52,045 nucleotides of DNA from an uncultured delta proteobacterium (lineage in GTDB: Bacteria; Myxococcota_A; Polyangia; Fen-1088). Of this stretch, positions 19,383 to 29,272 are shown piece after piece. The stretch covers positions 1-52,045 of the forward strand of contig CAWCMR010000017.1 in NCBI GenBank assembly GCA_963796685.1, given 5' to 3'. Position 1 is the stretch's first letter; each line of letters starts with the position of its first letter. Made by a program: the position numbers and the translations under genes. The notes under the pieces were generated by a model that saw only the letters and a program-made list of their open reading frames with translations, had not been told where the DNA came from and made no database searches.

Positions 19383-20998
19383 TACAATATTTCGCGCTTG
19401 GCCATCGCCTTGCGCATCTTGCCCAAGGCCTGCTCTTGCAGCTGGCGCACGCGTTCGCGCGAGAGGCGGTACTCGTCGCCAATTTCCTTGAGCGTCCGCT
19501 CGTGATCGTTGATGAGCCCGAAACGCTTGCGCAAAATGTCTGCCTCGATGGGCTTGAGCACGCTCAACAGCTTGAGCATTTCCTGCTGGGTTTCGCTGCT
19601 CATCATCTGTTCGGGCGGGCTCGGGGCCTCGTTGGGGTCCACGAGCACGTCGATGAGTCGCCGCCCGTCGTCCTCGGACAGGGACCGGTCGAGCGACACC
19701 GGGTTGTCGGCCAGGAAGGTTCGCATCTTCTCCAGCTTTTCGGCTTCAATCCCGGTCACCGAGGCAATCTCCTCGGTGGTGGCCGGGCGTTCGAGCTTCG
19801 ACTGCAATTCACGCTCGGACTTGGCGATGCGATGGTAGGCGTCGATCATGTGGACGGGAAGACGCACGGCGCGACCCTTGTCGGCAAGGGCACGGCTGAT
19901 GGCGTGTCGAATCCACCAACTCGCGTACGTCGAGAAGCGGAACCCACGACGATAGTCGTAGCGCTCGACCGCCTTCATCAGGCCGATATTCCCTTCCTGG
20001 ATCAAATCGGGAAGGGGGAGCCGGCCGTGGTTGAATCGTCGCGCGATGGAGACTACGAGGCGCAAATTTGCCTTCACGAACTCGTTCTTGGCTCGCTTCA
20101 CCACACCGGATTTCTTGGTGATGGTCGCAGCAAACTCCTGGAACGATTTTGTCTCGGTGTTGAAGCCGAGCCCTTCGATGGGGCGCCGCATGCGGGCCGC
20201 CCCGCTCAGTCGCTGCAGCTCCGTCAGAGCGGCGTCGACGAATACCCGATCGATGTCCAGCTCTTTGATCTGGCTCGAAAGGGAAACGAACAACTTGGAC
20301 AGCTTCTTCTTCTCCGTGCTGCTGCTTTTGCGCGCCACCCGCTCGGAGAGCATTTTGAACGTCTTGAGATCGGGCAGCGTGCTTCCCATCGCGGTTTCAA
20401 CGGTCGCGACGAGATGCCCGGCCCAAGGAGCGTAACCAAATAGGGCCTGCCACAGGTCGAGCTCCAATTCCTCGATGTGCCTTGCGGTCTCGAATTCCTG
20501 TTCGGGCTTCAAGACCGAAAGCTCGGCCATGTCGCGGAAATACATGGCGAGGAAGCTCTGAGGCTCGTCCGACTTGGGACTTCCAGCGGTGGTTGGCGCG
20601 ACTTCGTCATCCGGCTCGCTTTCCGCGCCCAACTCCTCCTCTGCCTCTGCCTCCGCCTCTGCGTCCGCATCCTCGCTCTCGTCCGGTGCCTCGGGCAACT
20701 CCACTGCGGAGTCGGTTTCCACGAGCGCTCCATTGGCCACCAGGGCCTCTGGCAGCAGCTCGTCACCCAGGTCAGGCTCCACAGTGGCCAACGTTTCCGC
20801 CACGGCGTCCAAGTCAGTCACGACTCCTTGCGCAAATTCTGGATCCATCGCCGAATCCACAGCGAAATCTATGTCGACACCGGTATCGTTCGCAGGTCGA
20901 CTGAATGGCGCGCCAACCGTAGCCTTTGACTCATCAAGTCTTTCCGGCTTACGCCGACTCCCCGACCGGGTTGGTCGGCTTTTTCTATTGCTCTTCAT
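19382..20998 (-). CDS. RpoD/RpoS-like alternative sigma-70 factor with acidic N-terminus
   Basis: LAMYFRDM (1.2), ANLRLVVSIA, DLIQEGNIGLMKAVERYD..RGFRFSTYASWWI, VRLPVH, RTLKEIG...SRERVRQ; start uncertain (20998, 21019 or 21070). Confidence 0.92.
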   Translation of the reverse strand: MKSNRKSRPTRSGSRRKPERLDESKATVGAPFSRPANDTGVDIDFAVDSAMDPEFAQGVVTDLDAVAETLATVEPDLGDELLPEALVANGALVETDSAVELPEAPDESEDADAEAEAEAEEELGAESEPDDEVAPTTAGSPKSDEPQSFLAMYFRDMAELSVLKPEQEFETARHIEELELDLWQALFGYAPWAGHLVATVETAMGSTLPDLKTFKMLSERVARKSSSTEKKKLSKLFVSLSSQIKELDIDRVFVDAALTELQRLSGAARMRRPIEGLGFNTETKSFQEFAATITKKSGVVKRAKNEFVKANLRLVVSIARRFNHGRLPLPDLIQEGNIGLMKAVERYDYRRGFRFSTYASWWIRHAISRALADKGRAVRLPVHMIDAYHRIAKSERELQSKLERPATTEEIASVTGIEAEKLEKMRTFLADNPVSLDRSLSEDDGRRLIDVLVDPNEAPSPPEQMMSSETQQEMLKLLSVLKPIEADILRKRFGLINDHERTLKEIGDEYRLSRERVRQLQEQALGKMRKAMAKREIL

Positions 20999-21299
20999 CC
21001 TGGCTGCAGCTCTATGCATAGCGCATTCCGTTTCCGCGGTGTCGCGACTCTGAATGTATATCCTACACAATATACTGATGTGGGAGAATGGATATTCCTG
21101 GCCTTATCCTTGTTTCGTTCTACGATTAGATGCTTGCGCATGAGGATCGGTTGTATTGGGACGGCAATTTAGGTGCCATCACTAGGTTGGTACCGCCAGT
21201 GGACCTGGGTTGTTCAACTGCAGGGCATCTCAGTGTGACGGGGCTCACGGAGCTGCCCTGCCTAGCCGATGGGCTTTCCTGTTCGCGCAGAATGGCGGG

Positions 21300-23180
21300 C
21301 TAGGGAGTTGGCCGCTCGCAGACCGCGATGATGTTTCGGGAGGCCGCGCCAAAAAACCTGGATTTGGTGGCCAGTCCTCCGGACACATCGAGCACTCGCA
21401 GTCCGGCCTGGCGCAACAACTTGCCGACTTCGTGCAAGCTGTAGGCGCGCAGGGATATCTCCTGCTCGCTTTGGCGACCGTTTCCGAAGACTACCGAGCG
21501 CCGAATGAGAACTCGGCTTGTGTGGTAGTTAAAGTCCACTTCCTCGAGCACCACGCACCCGTCGCCCTCCCACCAGACCCGACTGGGAAGATCGCCGACG
21601 ATGTAGTCCCGGTTGATGATATCGAGCAAGAACCGACCGCCAGGTTTGAGTGCCCGGCAGATCGCGGTGGCCACACGCAGGTTGGTTTCCTCGTCGAAAT
21701 ACCCGAACGAGGACAACATGCAGTAGGCGGCGTCGAATTGACCGCTGTAGGTCATTTCTCGCATGTCGGCGTGGACGAAGTTGACCGAAAGGCCACGCCG
21801 CTGGGCATGATCCGCCGCGTGGATGAGCATGGGCAAGGAAAGGTCTAGACCAGTCAAGCAGAACCCCTGTTGAGCCAGCTCCAAGGCATGGCGGCCGTAT
21901 CCGCAGCCCACATCGAGAACCTCTCCGCCTTTGGGTAGCGATAGCGAGTCGCGAATGAAATCGGCTTCGCGTGTGGTCTGCTCGGCGGTCATGAAGGGCA
22001 GCGTGCGCAGGAAGTCCTCATCGAAGACCTCTTCGTACCAAGGCTTGGCCCGTTTCTTGAGAGGTCGGCGGGCCAGGGCTTCGGGGATCAAATCCGATCC
22101 ACTCGTGGGTGTTTGGTACTCGTCGAACAGCGCGGCCGCGATGGCCAACGGCCGAGGCGGAGGAATGGCGGGCGCCGCGGGGCCGGCCGCGGGGCCGATT
22201 GGTGTCGCCGGGGCGGTGGGAGGAGTCGGCACGCGTGGCGTCGTCGGGACCGACGACGGCGTCTGCACGGGCGGCACCGGCGCTACCAAAGGAACCGGAG
22301 GTGGCGCCTGCGCGGGCGAAACCTGCACGTCCGGTCGATCCACGCCCGTCGATGTTGGGTGCTCTGCCGATTCCAGCATCTCGACGGCGTCGGGCTCGAC
22401 CTCGCGGGGTTCGGTCGGCCCTTCGGAGACGACTGGCAGGGATGCGCCGAGCTGCAGTCTGTCGCGAGGCGCATCGTCGGGAATTGGCTCGGTTGGCTTT
22501 GCCGCTGCCGCAGCCTGATCTTTCTCTGCTGCTGTCGAGAGGGGGCGCGACTCCGGGGCTGCACTCTCGGTTGTCGCTGGGATCAGCTCGGACGCATCCA
22601 CGGGCAGCTCGGCGTCGCTACCCAAGGTCTCGGACAAAACAACGATGGGCGCGCCCCCCGTCCCCTTGACCGGCGCAGCTGAAGTCGGTGGAGGCGGCGT
22701 CGAATCCGCCGAGAAGAAATCGGCAGGGGTGGCGCCTTGGAAAACTTCGACTGCGGGTGCTGCGCCTTGGGTAGCCACCGGGGGAGCCGGCGGCTCGCTC
22801 GCAAGGGGCGGCTTGGTAGTCGGCATTCGGGGCGTCGCGACAACGGGCAGCAAGGGCGTCTTCTCCGCGATTGGCTCCTTGGCAAGCGGAGGCGGGGTTG
22901 GAATATTCGCAGCCGGTTCTGGCAGGACGGTCCTCCGCTTGTTCTCCGATGGAAGAGGTGGAGGCGTGCGCTCATTGGGCTTGAAGTGGATGGTTGGTGG
23001 CGGAACAGGCGGCGGGGTCTTCTGACCGCCTTCGACGAGATCGGAGATGATCCACTTCAACGTCGGATCGTGATCGACCAGCCCATCTCCCCCATTCTGG
23101 ATGGTCGCTGGGCGCGCGCCGACGGAGCCGGACCCGACTGGCGTGGTGGGAGCTTGGGGCGTGTCGTTGTTACGGTTCAT
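21300..23180 (-). CDS. Class I SAM-dependent methyltransferase with long Pro-rich N-terminus
   Basis: VLDVGCGYGRH, GLDLS, DMR, FDAAYCMLSSFGYF, LKPGGRFLLD; roughly 370-aa Pro/Ala/Thr-rich region upstream. Confidence 0.85.
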   Translation of the reverse strand: MNRNNDTPQAPTTPVGSGSVGARPATIQNGGDGLVDHDPTLKWIISDLVEGGQKTPPPVPPPTIHFKPNERTPPPLPSENKRRTVLPEPAANIPTPPPLAKEPIAEKTPLLPVVATPRMPTTKPPLASEPPAPPVATQGAAPAVEVFQGATPADFFSADSTPPPPTSAAPVKGTGGAPIVVLSETLGSDAELPVDASELIPATTESAAPESRPLSTAAEKDQAAAAAKPTEPIPDDAPRDRLQLGASLPVVSEGPTEPREVEPDAVEMLESAEHPTSTGVDRPDVQVSPAQAPPPVPLVAPVPPVQTPSSVPTTPRVPTPPTAPATPIGPAAGPAAPAIPPPRPLAIAAALFDEYQTPTSGSDLIPEALARRPLKKRAKPWYEEVFDEDFLRTLPFMTAEQTTREADFIRDSLSLPKGGEVLDVGCGYGRHALELAQQGFCLTGLDLSLPMLIHAADHAQRRGLSVNFVHADMREMTYSGQFDAAYCMLSSFGYFDEETNLRVATAICRALKPGGRFLLDIINRDYIVGDLPSRVWWEGDGCVVLEEVDFNYHTSRVLIRRSVVFGNGRQSEQEISLRAYSLHEVGKLLRQAGLRVLDVSGGLATKSRFFGAASRNIIAVCERPTP

Positions 23181-24079
23181 GGACGCTGGGCTTGTCCGCG
23201 AGCTTGTCCGGATATGATACGGCCAACCGGCGTTCCCATCTCAATTTGTGCATGAGAAACCAGCTCGTTGAGCTCGACCCGACCTGGCTCGAAGATTGTG
23301 ATGGTCGTGGACCCGAGGTTGAAGACTCCAAGCTCTTGTCCGCACTTGACGGGAATGGGCGAGGTGAAGGTCTTGTGGCGCACAGAGCCATTGACGAGCT
23401 TCCTGTCATGCGTCGCGACCTCGGGATCGTAGCTGGCCGTGATGTGGCCAACGCCTACTGCCGCCACCATGACGACCACGTAGCGTCCGATCGGACTATC
23501 GACGACAGTGACGAACCGCTCGTTCTTTCCAAACAGTCCTGGCTCCCGCTTGACGCTTCGGGGACCGACGGGGAATAGCATGCCCGGGATGTGGCTCCAG
23601 GCGACAACCTTGCCGCTCGCCGGGAAGTGGACGCGATGGTAGTCGCGCGGTGATAGGTAGATGACAACATAAGGGCCGCCGACCAGATGCGCCGCCAAGG
23701 CTTCGTCGGCCAACAGGGTTTGCAGGGTAAACGTCGAGCCCTTGGCCTCGAGCAGCTTTCCCGCCGTGGCCAATCCGGCCTCGCAAATGACGCCATCCGA
23801 TGGAGCGACAATTGATCTCTCGTCAGCCGGGGGCTTGCGTGCTCCGGGTACCAGGCGGCGCGTGAAGAACGCCTGCAAGGTGGGATAGTGCTCGATGGCA
23901 TGTTCCGCCTCGGCACTGTTCAGCTTGAACGCCTTGGCGTAGGAGCGCAGGACCAAGGTCTGCAGTCGTTTGGGAAGCCTGCGCCTCGCCCCCCAGCCAA
24001 TCGCTCCGGAGAGCCATCTCTTCGGCGCTACTCGCCACGCGCCTTGCGCGATTCGCTCGCCAAGTGAAAGGTTGGGCAT
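23177..24079 (-). CDS. psd: Phosphatidylserine decarboxylase proenzyme
   Basis: FFTRRL, APSDG, YLSPRDYHRVH, KNER, FNLGST self-cleavage motif. Confidence 0.95.
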   Translation of the reverse strand: MPNLSLGERIAQGAWRVAPKRWLSGAIGWGARRRLPKRLQTLVLRSYAKAFKLNSAEAEHAIEHYPTLQAFFTRRLVPGARKPPADERSIVAPSDGVICEAGLATAGKLLEAKGSTFTLQTLLADEALAAHLVGGPYVVIYLSPRDYHRVHFPASGKVVAWSHIPGMLFPVGPRSVKREPGLFGKNERFVTVVDSPIGRYVVVMVAAVGVGHITASYDPEVATHDRKLVNGSVRHKTFTSPIPVKCGQELGVFNLGSTTITIFEPGRVELNELVSHAQIEMGTPVGRIISGQARGQAQRP

Positions 24080-24192
24080 CGTGCTACCGACAGGGGGACA
24101 ACGGGACCAACTCTAGGGCAGGCCGTTGCGCTCGTGCAACGGATTTAGCACTTGGTCGAACGGAGCCCTGACAGAATTCGAGCTCCGTACGC

Positions 24193-24226
24193 AAGAAAGC
24201 CCACCGGTGACGATGGGCTTCCTTTT
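24193..24226 (-). terminator. Probable intrinsic terminator after glnA
   Basis: Minus strand aagcccatcg-tcac-cggtgggctt then tcttg; T-run also on plus strand. Confidence 0.55.
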
Positions 24227-24245
24227 GATTGTATGTCTTCAGCGA

Positions 24246-25658
24246 CTACGAGTCGAAGTACTGCGCGAACTCGAAGGCCGTCGGGCGGAGGCGCGAGGGC
24301 TTGAGCTCGTTCTCTTCCTTCCACCAAATCCAAGTCTCGACGACTTCCTTCGTGAAGACGTCGCCCTTGAGCAGGAAGGCATGGTCCTTCTTGAGGTTCT
24401 CGAGTGCCTCTTCGAGCGAGCCGGGCGCCTTGGGGATGTCGCGGAGCTCCTCGGGTGGAAGCTCGTAGATGTCTTTGTCCATCGGGTCGCCGGGCTTGAT
24501 CTTGTTCTGGATCCCGTCGATGCCGGCAAGCAGCATGGCCGCGAAAGCCAAGTATGGATTGGCCATCGGATCCGGGCAACGGAACTCGATGCGCTTGGCC
24601 TTGGGCGAGGAGGCCACGGGCACGCGAATCGAAGCCGACCGGTTACGCGATGAGTATGCCAAGTTGACTGGCGCCTCGAAGCCGGGCACCAAGCGGCGGT
24701 AGCTGTTGAGGCCGGGGTTGGTGATGGCGAGGAGGGCAGGGGCGTGCTTGATGAGGCCGCCGATGTAGTAGAGCGCGGTCTCGGACAGCCCGGCGTACTT
24801 GTCGCCGGCGAAGAGGTTCTTCTCGGCCTTCCAGATCGACTGATGGCAGTGCATGCCCGAGCCGTTGTCGCCGAAGATGGGCTTCGGCATGAACGTGGCG
24901 GTCTTGCCCCACTTGCGGGCCACGTTCTTGACCACGTGCTTGTACCACATGGTGCGATCGGCCATCGTCACGAGCGGACCGAAGACCATGGAGAGCTCGG
25001 CCTGACCGGCGGTCGCCACTTCATGGTGGAAGACTTCCACGGTGATACCGAGCTTCTCGAGGGTCAGCGCCATCTCGGCGCGAATATCGACTTGGGTGTC
25101 GATAGGGGGCACCGGGAAGTAGCCGCGCTTGTAGTCGACCTTGTAGCCGAGATTGCCGCCCTCTTCCTCTTTCGCGGTGTTCCAGCGTCCTTCCTTCGAG
25201 TCGATCTTGTAGAAGGAAGTGTTCGGCCCTTCACCGAAGCGGACCTCGTCGAAGATGAAGAACTCGGGCTCGGGACCGAAGTACGAGACGTCACCGAGAC
25301 CAGTCTGCTTGAGATACTGCTCGGCCTTCTTGGCGATCTGACGCGGGTCGCGTGCGTACGGTTGATGGGTGACGGCGTCCGCGATGTCCACGATCAGCGA
25401 GAGCGTGGGCTCCTTGATGAAGGGATCGATGACCGCAGTGGCGGCGTCGGCGATGCAGGTCATGTCCGACTCGTTGATCGCCTTCCAACCGCGAATGGAG
25501 CTTCCGTCGAAGTTGAAGCCCTCGGTGAACGTCTCTTCGCTCAGCTTGTGGATAGGCATGGTGGTGTGCTGCCACTGCCCGAGAAGATCCACGAACTTGA
25601 AGTCAACCAGTTTGACTCCATTCTTCTTTGCGAACTCAAGAACCTCGGCTGGGGACAT
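24246..25658 (-). CDS. glnA: Glutamine synthetase type I (GSI-beta)
   Basis: [59 protein letters not shown]; adenylylation-site Tyr in [10 protein letters not shown]. Confidence 0.99.
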   Translation of the reverse strand: MSPAEVLEFAKKNGVKLVDFKFVDLLGQWQHTTMPIHKLSEETFTEGFNFDGSSIRGWKAINESDMTCIADAATAVIDPFIKEPTLSLIVDIADAVTHQPYARDPRQIAKKAEQYLKQTGLGDVSYFGPEPEFFIFDEVRFGEGPNTSFYKIDSKEGRWNTAKEEEGGNLGYKVDYKRGYFPVPPIDTQVDIRAEMALTLEKLGITVEVFHHEVATAGQAELSMVFGPLVTMADRTMWYKHVVKNVARKWGKTATFMPKPIFGDNGSGMHCHQSIWKAEKNLFAGDKYAGLSETALYYIGGLIKHAPALLAITNPGLNSYRRLVPGFEAPVNLAYSSRNRSASIRVPVASSPKAKRIEFRCPDPMANPYLAFAAMLLAGIDGIQNKIKPGDPMDKDIYELPPEELRDIPKAPGSLEEALENLKKDHAFLLKGDVFTKEVVETWIWWKEENELKPSRLRPTAFEFAQYFDS

Positions 25659-25718
25659 AGTGCGGTTTCCCTTCTGCGCTGATCGCGCGGTGCGTTTATT
25701 CTACGTTGGAAAGTTGGT

Positions 25719-25794
25719 CGCGTGGGGGAGCCGGCGGGCTTTGCCGGCGAACCATCGCGGGAGGGTTTGGGAACCCTCCCGCGATGGTTCCCAT
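25719..25794. repeat. REP-like family A copy forming a perfect 19-bp hairpin
   Basis: gaaccatcgcgggagggtt-tggg-aaccctcccgcgatggttc (25749-25790); flanks match 51855-51932. Confidence 0.8.
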
Positions 25795-25840
25795 TCCGAC
25801 CGCGTAGGCGTGGCCGGACTTTCGGTTTTTCTTGTTCCTA

Positions 25841-26227
<387 letters not shown>

Positions 26228-26312
26228 TCATTGTGCGAAGACAGGACGAAGACTAGCGTTCCAAGGTTTCCGGCGTATTTCACGTCCGAAAACTTTTGGT
26301 AAAGGTGTGCCG

Positions 26313-27269
26313 CTATGGCTTGGTTTTGAGGGCGCCGACCAGCTCACGCAGGTCGACGATGGAGTTTTGGCGGCAGAATTCCTCCACTTCGCGAACGATT
26401 CGTTCGGCGGAGGCGGGGTCGATGAAGTTCTGCGTGCCCACCTGTACGGTGCTGGCACCCGCCAAAAGGAACTCGACGGCGTCGAGGCCGGTTTGGATGC
26501 CGCCGATCCCGCAAATAGGGATGCCGAGCTTCGCGCGGTGGATTTGATACACCATGCGCAAGGCAATGGGTTTGATGGCCGGGCCCGAGAGCCCACCGAA
26601 GATCGTGGCCAGCTTGGGCCTGCGGGTGCGCACGTCGATGGCCATCGCGGTGATGGTGTTGATGACTGAAACCGCATCGGCTCCGTTTTCGGCACAGGCC
26701 CGCGCCAAGGCGACGATGTCCGACGTGTTGGGCGTGAGCTTGACCCACAGAGGTTTGGTGATGACCTTGCGGCATGACCGGACCAGATCGCCAAGCACTT
26801 GGGGATCGCGGCCGAACTCGATGCCACCGGCCTTGATGTTGGGACAGGAGACGTTCATTTCCAGACCGTCGACGCCGTCCAGCCTTCCCAACCGCTGCCC
26901 GCAGTCGACGTAGTCGTCAAAAGTAGTCCCGAAGAAATTGACCAGAACCTTGGTACCGCAGTCGCGTAGGAACGGCAGTTTCCCGGTGGCGAAGCCCTCG
27001 ACCCCGACGTTTTCGAGTCCTATGGAATTGAGCATTCCCGACGCCGTTTCGCAGATACGAGGCGCGGGATTGCCAAAGCGCGGATTCGGTGAGATCCCTT
27101 TGGTCACCAGCCCGCCGAGCGCGGTGAGGGGCATGAGGCCCTCGAATTCCTTGCCGTAACCGAAGGTCCCCGACGCCGTCAGCACGGGGTTGCGAAAGTC
27201 GATGCCGCCGCAGTGGATGGCCATGGCCGGCTGCTTGCTCGCCACGAAATCGACGGGCGTGGCGGTCAT
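26313..27269 (-). CDS. pyrD: Dihydroorotate dehydrogenase class 1B, catalytic subunit
   Basis: NPVLTASGTFGYG, GMLNSIGLEN, EMNVSCPN, VKLTPN, GGLSGPAIKPIAL; ATGA overlap with pyrK. Confidence 0.96.
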   Translation of the reverse strand: MTATPVDFVASKQPAMAIHCGGIDFRNPVLTASGTFGYGKEFEGLMPLTALGGLVTKGISPNPRFGNPAPRICETASGMLNSIGLENVGVEGFATGKLPFLRDCGTKVLVNFFGTTFDDYVDCGQRLGRLDGVDGLEMNVSCPNIKAGGIEFGRDPQVLGDLVRSCRKVITKPLWVKLTPNTSDIVALARACAENGADAVSVINTITAMAIDVRTRRPKLATIFGGLSGPAIKPIALRMVYQIHRAKLGIPICGIGGIQTGLDAVEFLLAGASTVQVGTQNFIDPASAERIVREVEEFCRQNSIVDLRELVGALKTKP

Positions 27270-28096
27270 GTCGTCACCTCTGCAGCATGGCCAGGGGCGG
27301 GCGGAATGATGAGGTCGGATGCCATGAACACGGGCCCGTCGCTGCACACGTAGCGAAATGGCCGCGAACGGGCCGGGATGGCGCATCCGAGGCACACCCC
27401 GATCCCGCAGGCCATCTGCTCCTCCATGGAGAGGTAGCACTCGATTCCGTGCGGCTCGGCGATGCGCGCCACGGCCCACAGCATCTCCCGGGGTCCGCAG
27501 GCGAATACCCGGAGCTCTTGTTGGCGATTGGCAGCGCGATAGTGGTCGATGCGGGCCTCCAGCTCCGACGTCACGCGCCCACGCCGGCCGACCGAGCCAT
27601 CTTCCGTGACCAGGCGGGTAAAGAGGCCCATCCCGCGCATTTCACCCAGCAAGACCAGGTCGCGCGAAGTTCGGCCTCCGTAGAGCATCTCGCAGCGGTC
27701 GACCAGTCCGCGCCGCGCCGCGTGCTCGGCTTGCATGAAGAGAGGGGGCATGCCCACTCCACCCGCCACGAGAAGGTCCACACGGTCGGGCGTCGGCTCC
27801 GGAAAACTGTTCCCCAGCGGCCCAAGCACGGATACGCGCGTTCCCGGTAGAGCTGATTCCAGAAGCCGTGTTCCACGACCTACCGATTTCGCCAGCAGGT
27901 CGGCCCGACCTTCGGGGGCAACCGCCAGCAGCGACACCGGCCGCGGCAACAGCGGATCGCGCCCCCAATCGCCGCGAAGCATTATAAATTGACCAGGACG
28001 GCTTTGCGCAAGCGAGTCACAACCGCCCATTCGGAGGACGAAATAGCCATTACCCAGTGCGCGATTCTCAATGATTCTTGCGTCAAAATAGCGCAT
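27266..28096 (-). CDS. pyrK: Dihydroorotate dehydrogenase electron transfer subunit
   Basis: PGQFIML, RPVSL, GPLGN, AGGVG, CGP, MACGIGVCLGC...VCSDGPVF. Confidence 0.93.
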   Translation of the reverse strand: MRYFDARIIENRALGNGYFVLRMGGCDSLAQSRPGQFIMLRGDWGRDPLLPRPVSLLAVAPEGRADLLAKSVGRGTRLLESALPGTRVSVLGPLGNSFPEPTPDRVDLLVAGGVGMPPLFMQAEHAARRGLVDRCEMLYGGRTSRDLVLLGEMRGMGLFTRLVTEDGSVGRRGRVTSELEARIDHYRAANRQQELRVFACGPREMLWAVARIAEPHGIECYLSMEEQMACGIGVCLGCAIPARSRPFRYVCSDGPVFMASDLIIPPAPGHAAEVTT

Positions 28097-28159
28097 TTGT
28101 TGGTCTGTACCCTCTTCTACACCCTTTGGTTGGCTTTGCGCCACGGGGCGGCTCGGGAG

Positions 28160-28250
28160 AGATGATTGTTAAAGTTATGTGTGACCTGTGATCAATAACA
28201 ACAAGTAATAATTAAACTATATACACATCTTCAGAAACGAATTAACATTT
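28160..28250. promoter_or_regulatory. AT-rich divergent promoter region
   Basis: ttgttaaagttatg...aataacaacaagtaataattaaactatatacac...attaacattt in otherwise GC-rich DNA, between divergent pyrK and the 28345 gene. Confidence 0.55.
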
Positions 28251-28344
28251 CCACCTCGACCAGCGCCGGGCCAACAATCGGATTTGTTGCAGGTCCGAAG
28301 CTAACGTGTTACTAGGCGAAATCATAGAGAACCGGGGCACAACC

Positions 28345-29175
28345 ATGGACTTCATGTTCGAGGATGATGTCGACGAGGTAGGGTCTGACGTAGAGGCGTA
28401 CTGCCCTAAGTGCAAGGCCGACACGACCCACGTTGTCATCTCCAAATACGAAGACGAGATTCGGCGCGTTCAGTGCAATCCTTGCGGGGACGTGCACTCC
28501 TTCCGCAAGCCTCGGGGCGAGGCCGAGGAGGACATGCCCGAGCCTGTGGCGGCGCGCAAACGCGCGCTCCTCAAGAAGCTGACGTGGGAAGAGTTCTTCG
28601 CCAAACACGGCGAGCGCAACGCCAAGCCCTACGAGTTTCGCGACACCTATCGCGAGAACGCCATCGTGTTTCACCCCAAGTTTGGCAAGGGCTACGTGTC
28701 CGAGGTGGTCTCCGAAAGCAAGGTGGAGATCACCTTCTCGGACGCCCGGCGGATCCTCGTGCACAACCGGAAGGACATTCCAGGTTCCCCCGTGGGCAGG
28801 GAAGACGATGGCTTGCCGTCCACGGCTGTCCCGGCGAAGGGGGCTGGCAAGGGGGCTGCGAAGGCGCCCGTGAAGCAGGCAGGCAAACAGGCCACGGATT
28901 CGGTGCCCAAGTCGTCCGCCGTAGCCAAGGTTTCTGGGAAGAAGGTCGAAGACAGGAAGGCGGACACGGTGGAAGGCCCGAAAGCCGAAGCGAGGAAGGC
29001 AGCGGCCAAGAAGCCCGCGCCGTCCAAGGCTTCGGTGGCGAAGCCCGCCGCTTCCAAACCGGCTGCGAAGAAGGTTGCTGCGAAGAAGCCGGCGGCCCCA
29101 AAACCTTCCGCGAAGAAGCCTTCGGGCAAGAAGCCGGTTGCCAAGAAGCCGGTTGCCAAAAAAAAGTCCAAGTAG
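28345..29175 (+). CDS. Hypothetical protein: Zn ribbon, Tudor-like domain and histone H1-like tail
   Basis: CPKC...CNPC; IVFHPKFGKGYVSEV...KVEITF; C-terminal PAAKK/PVAKK repeats. Confidence 0.8.
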   Translation: MDFMFEDDVDEVGSDVEAYCPKCKADTTHVVISKYEDEIRRVQCNPCGDVHSFRKPRGEAEEDMPEPVAARKRALLKKLTWEEFFAKHGERNAKPYEFRDTYRENAIVFHPKFGKGYVSEVVSESKVEITFSDARRILVHNRKDIPGSPVGREDDGLPSTAVPAKGAGKGAAKAPVKQAGKQATDSVPKSSAVAKVSGKKVEDRKADTVEGPKAEARKAAAKKPAPSKASVAKPAASKPAAKKVAAKKPAAPKPSAKKPSGKKPVAKKPVAKKKSK

Positions 29176-29272
29176 TCGCGCACCCGCGAGGTAGCCCCGG
29201 GGCGGTTGCGACTCCACACGCCGCGCTCTCAAGAGGTGTCCGGAGATCGGAGCGGTTCTTGGGCAGGAGGGC

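Noticed and set aside
26298-26313. Sigma-54 promoter for glnB-glnA (minus strand cggcacacctttacc)
   Set aside because: Has the -24 GG but lacks the -12 GC
28160-28250. oriC or dif site
   Set aside because: No cluster of TTATCCACA boxes, no XerC/XerD 28-mer, no dnaA nearby
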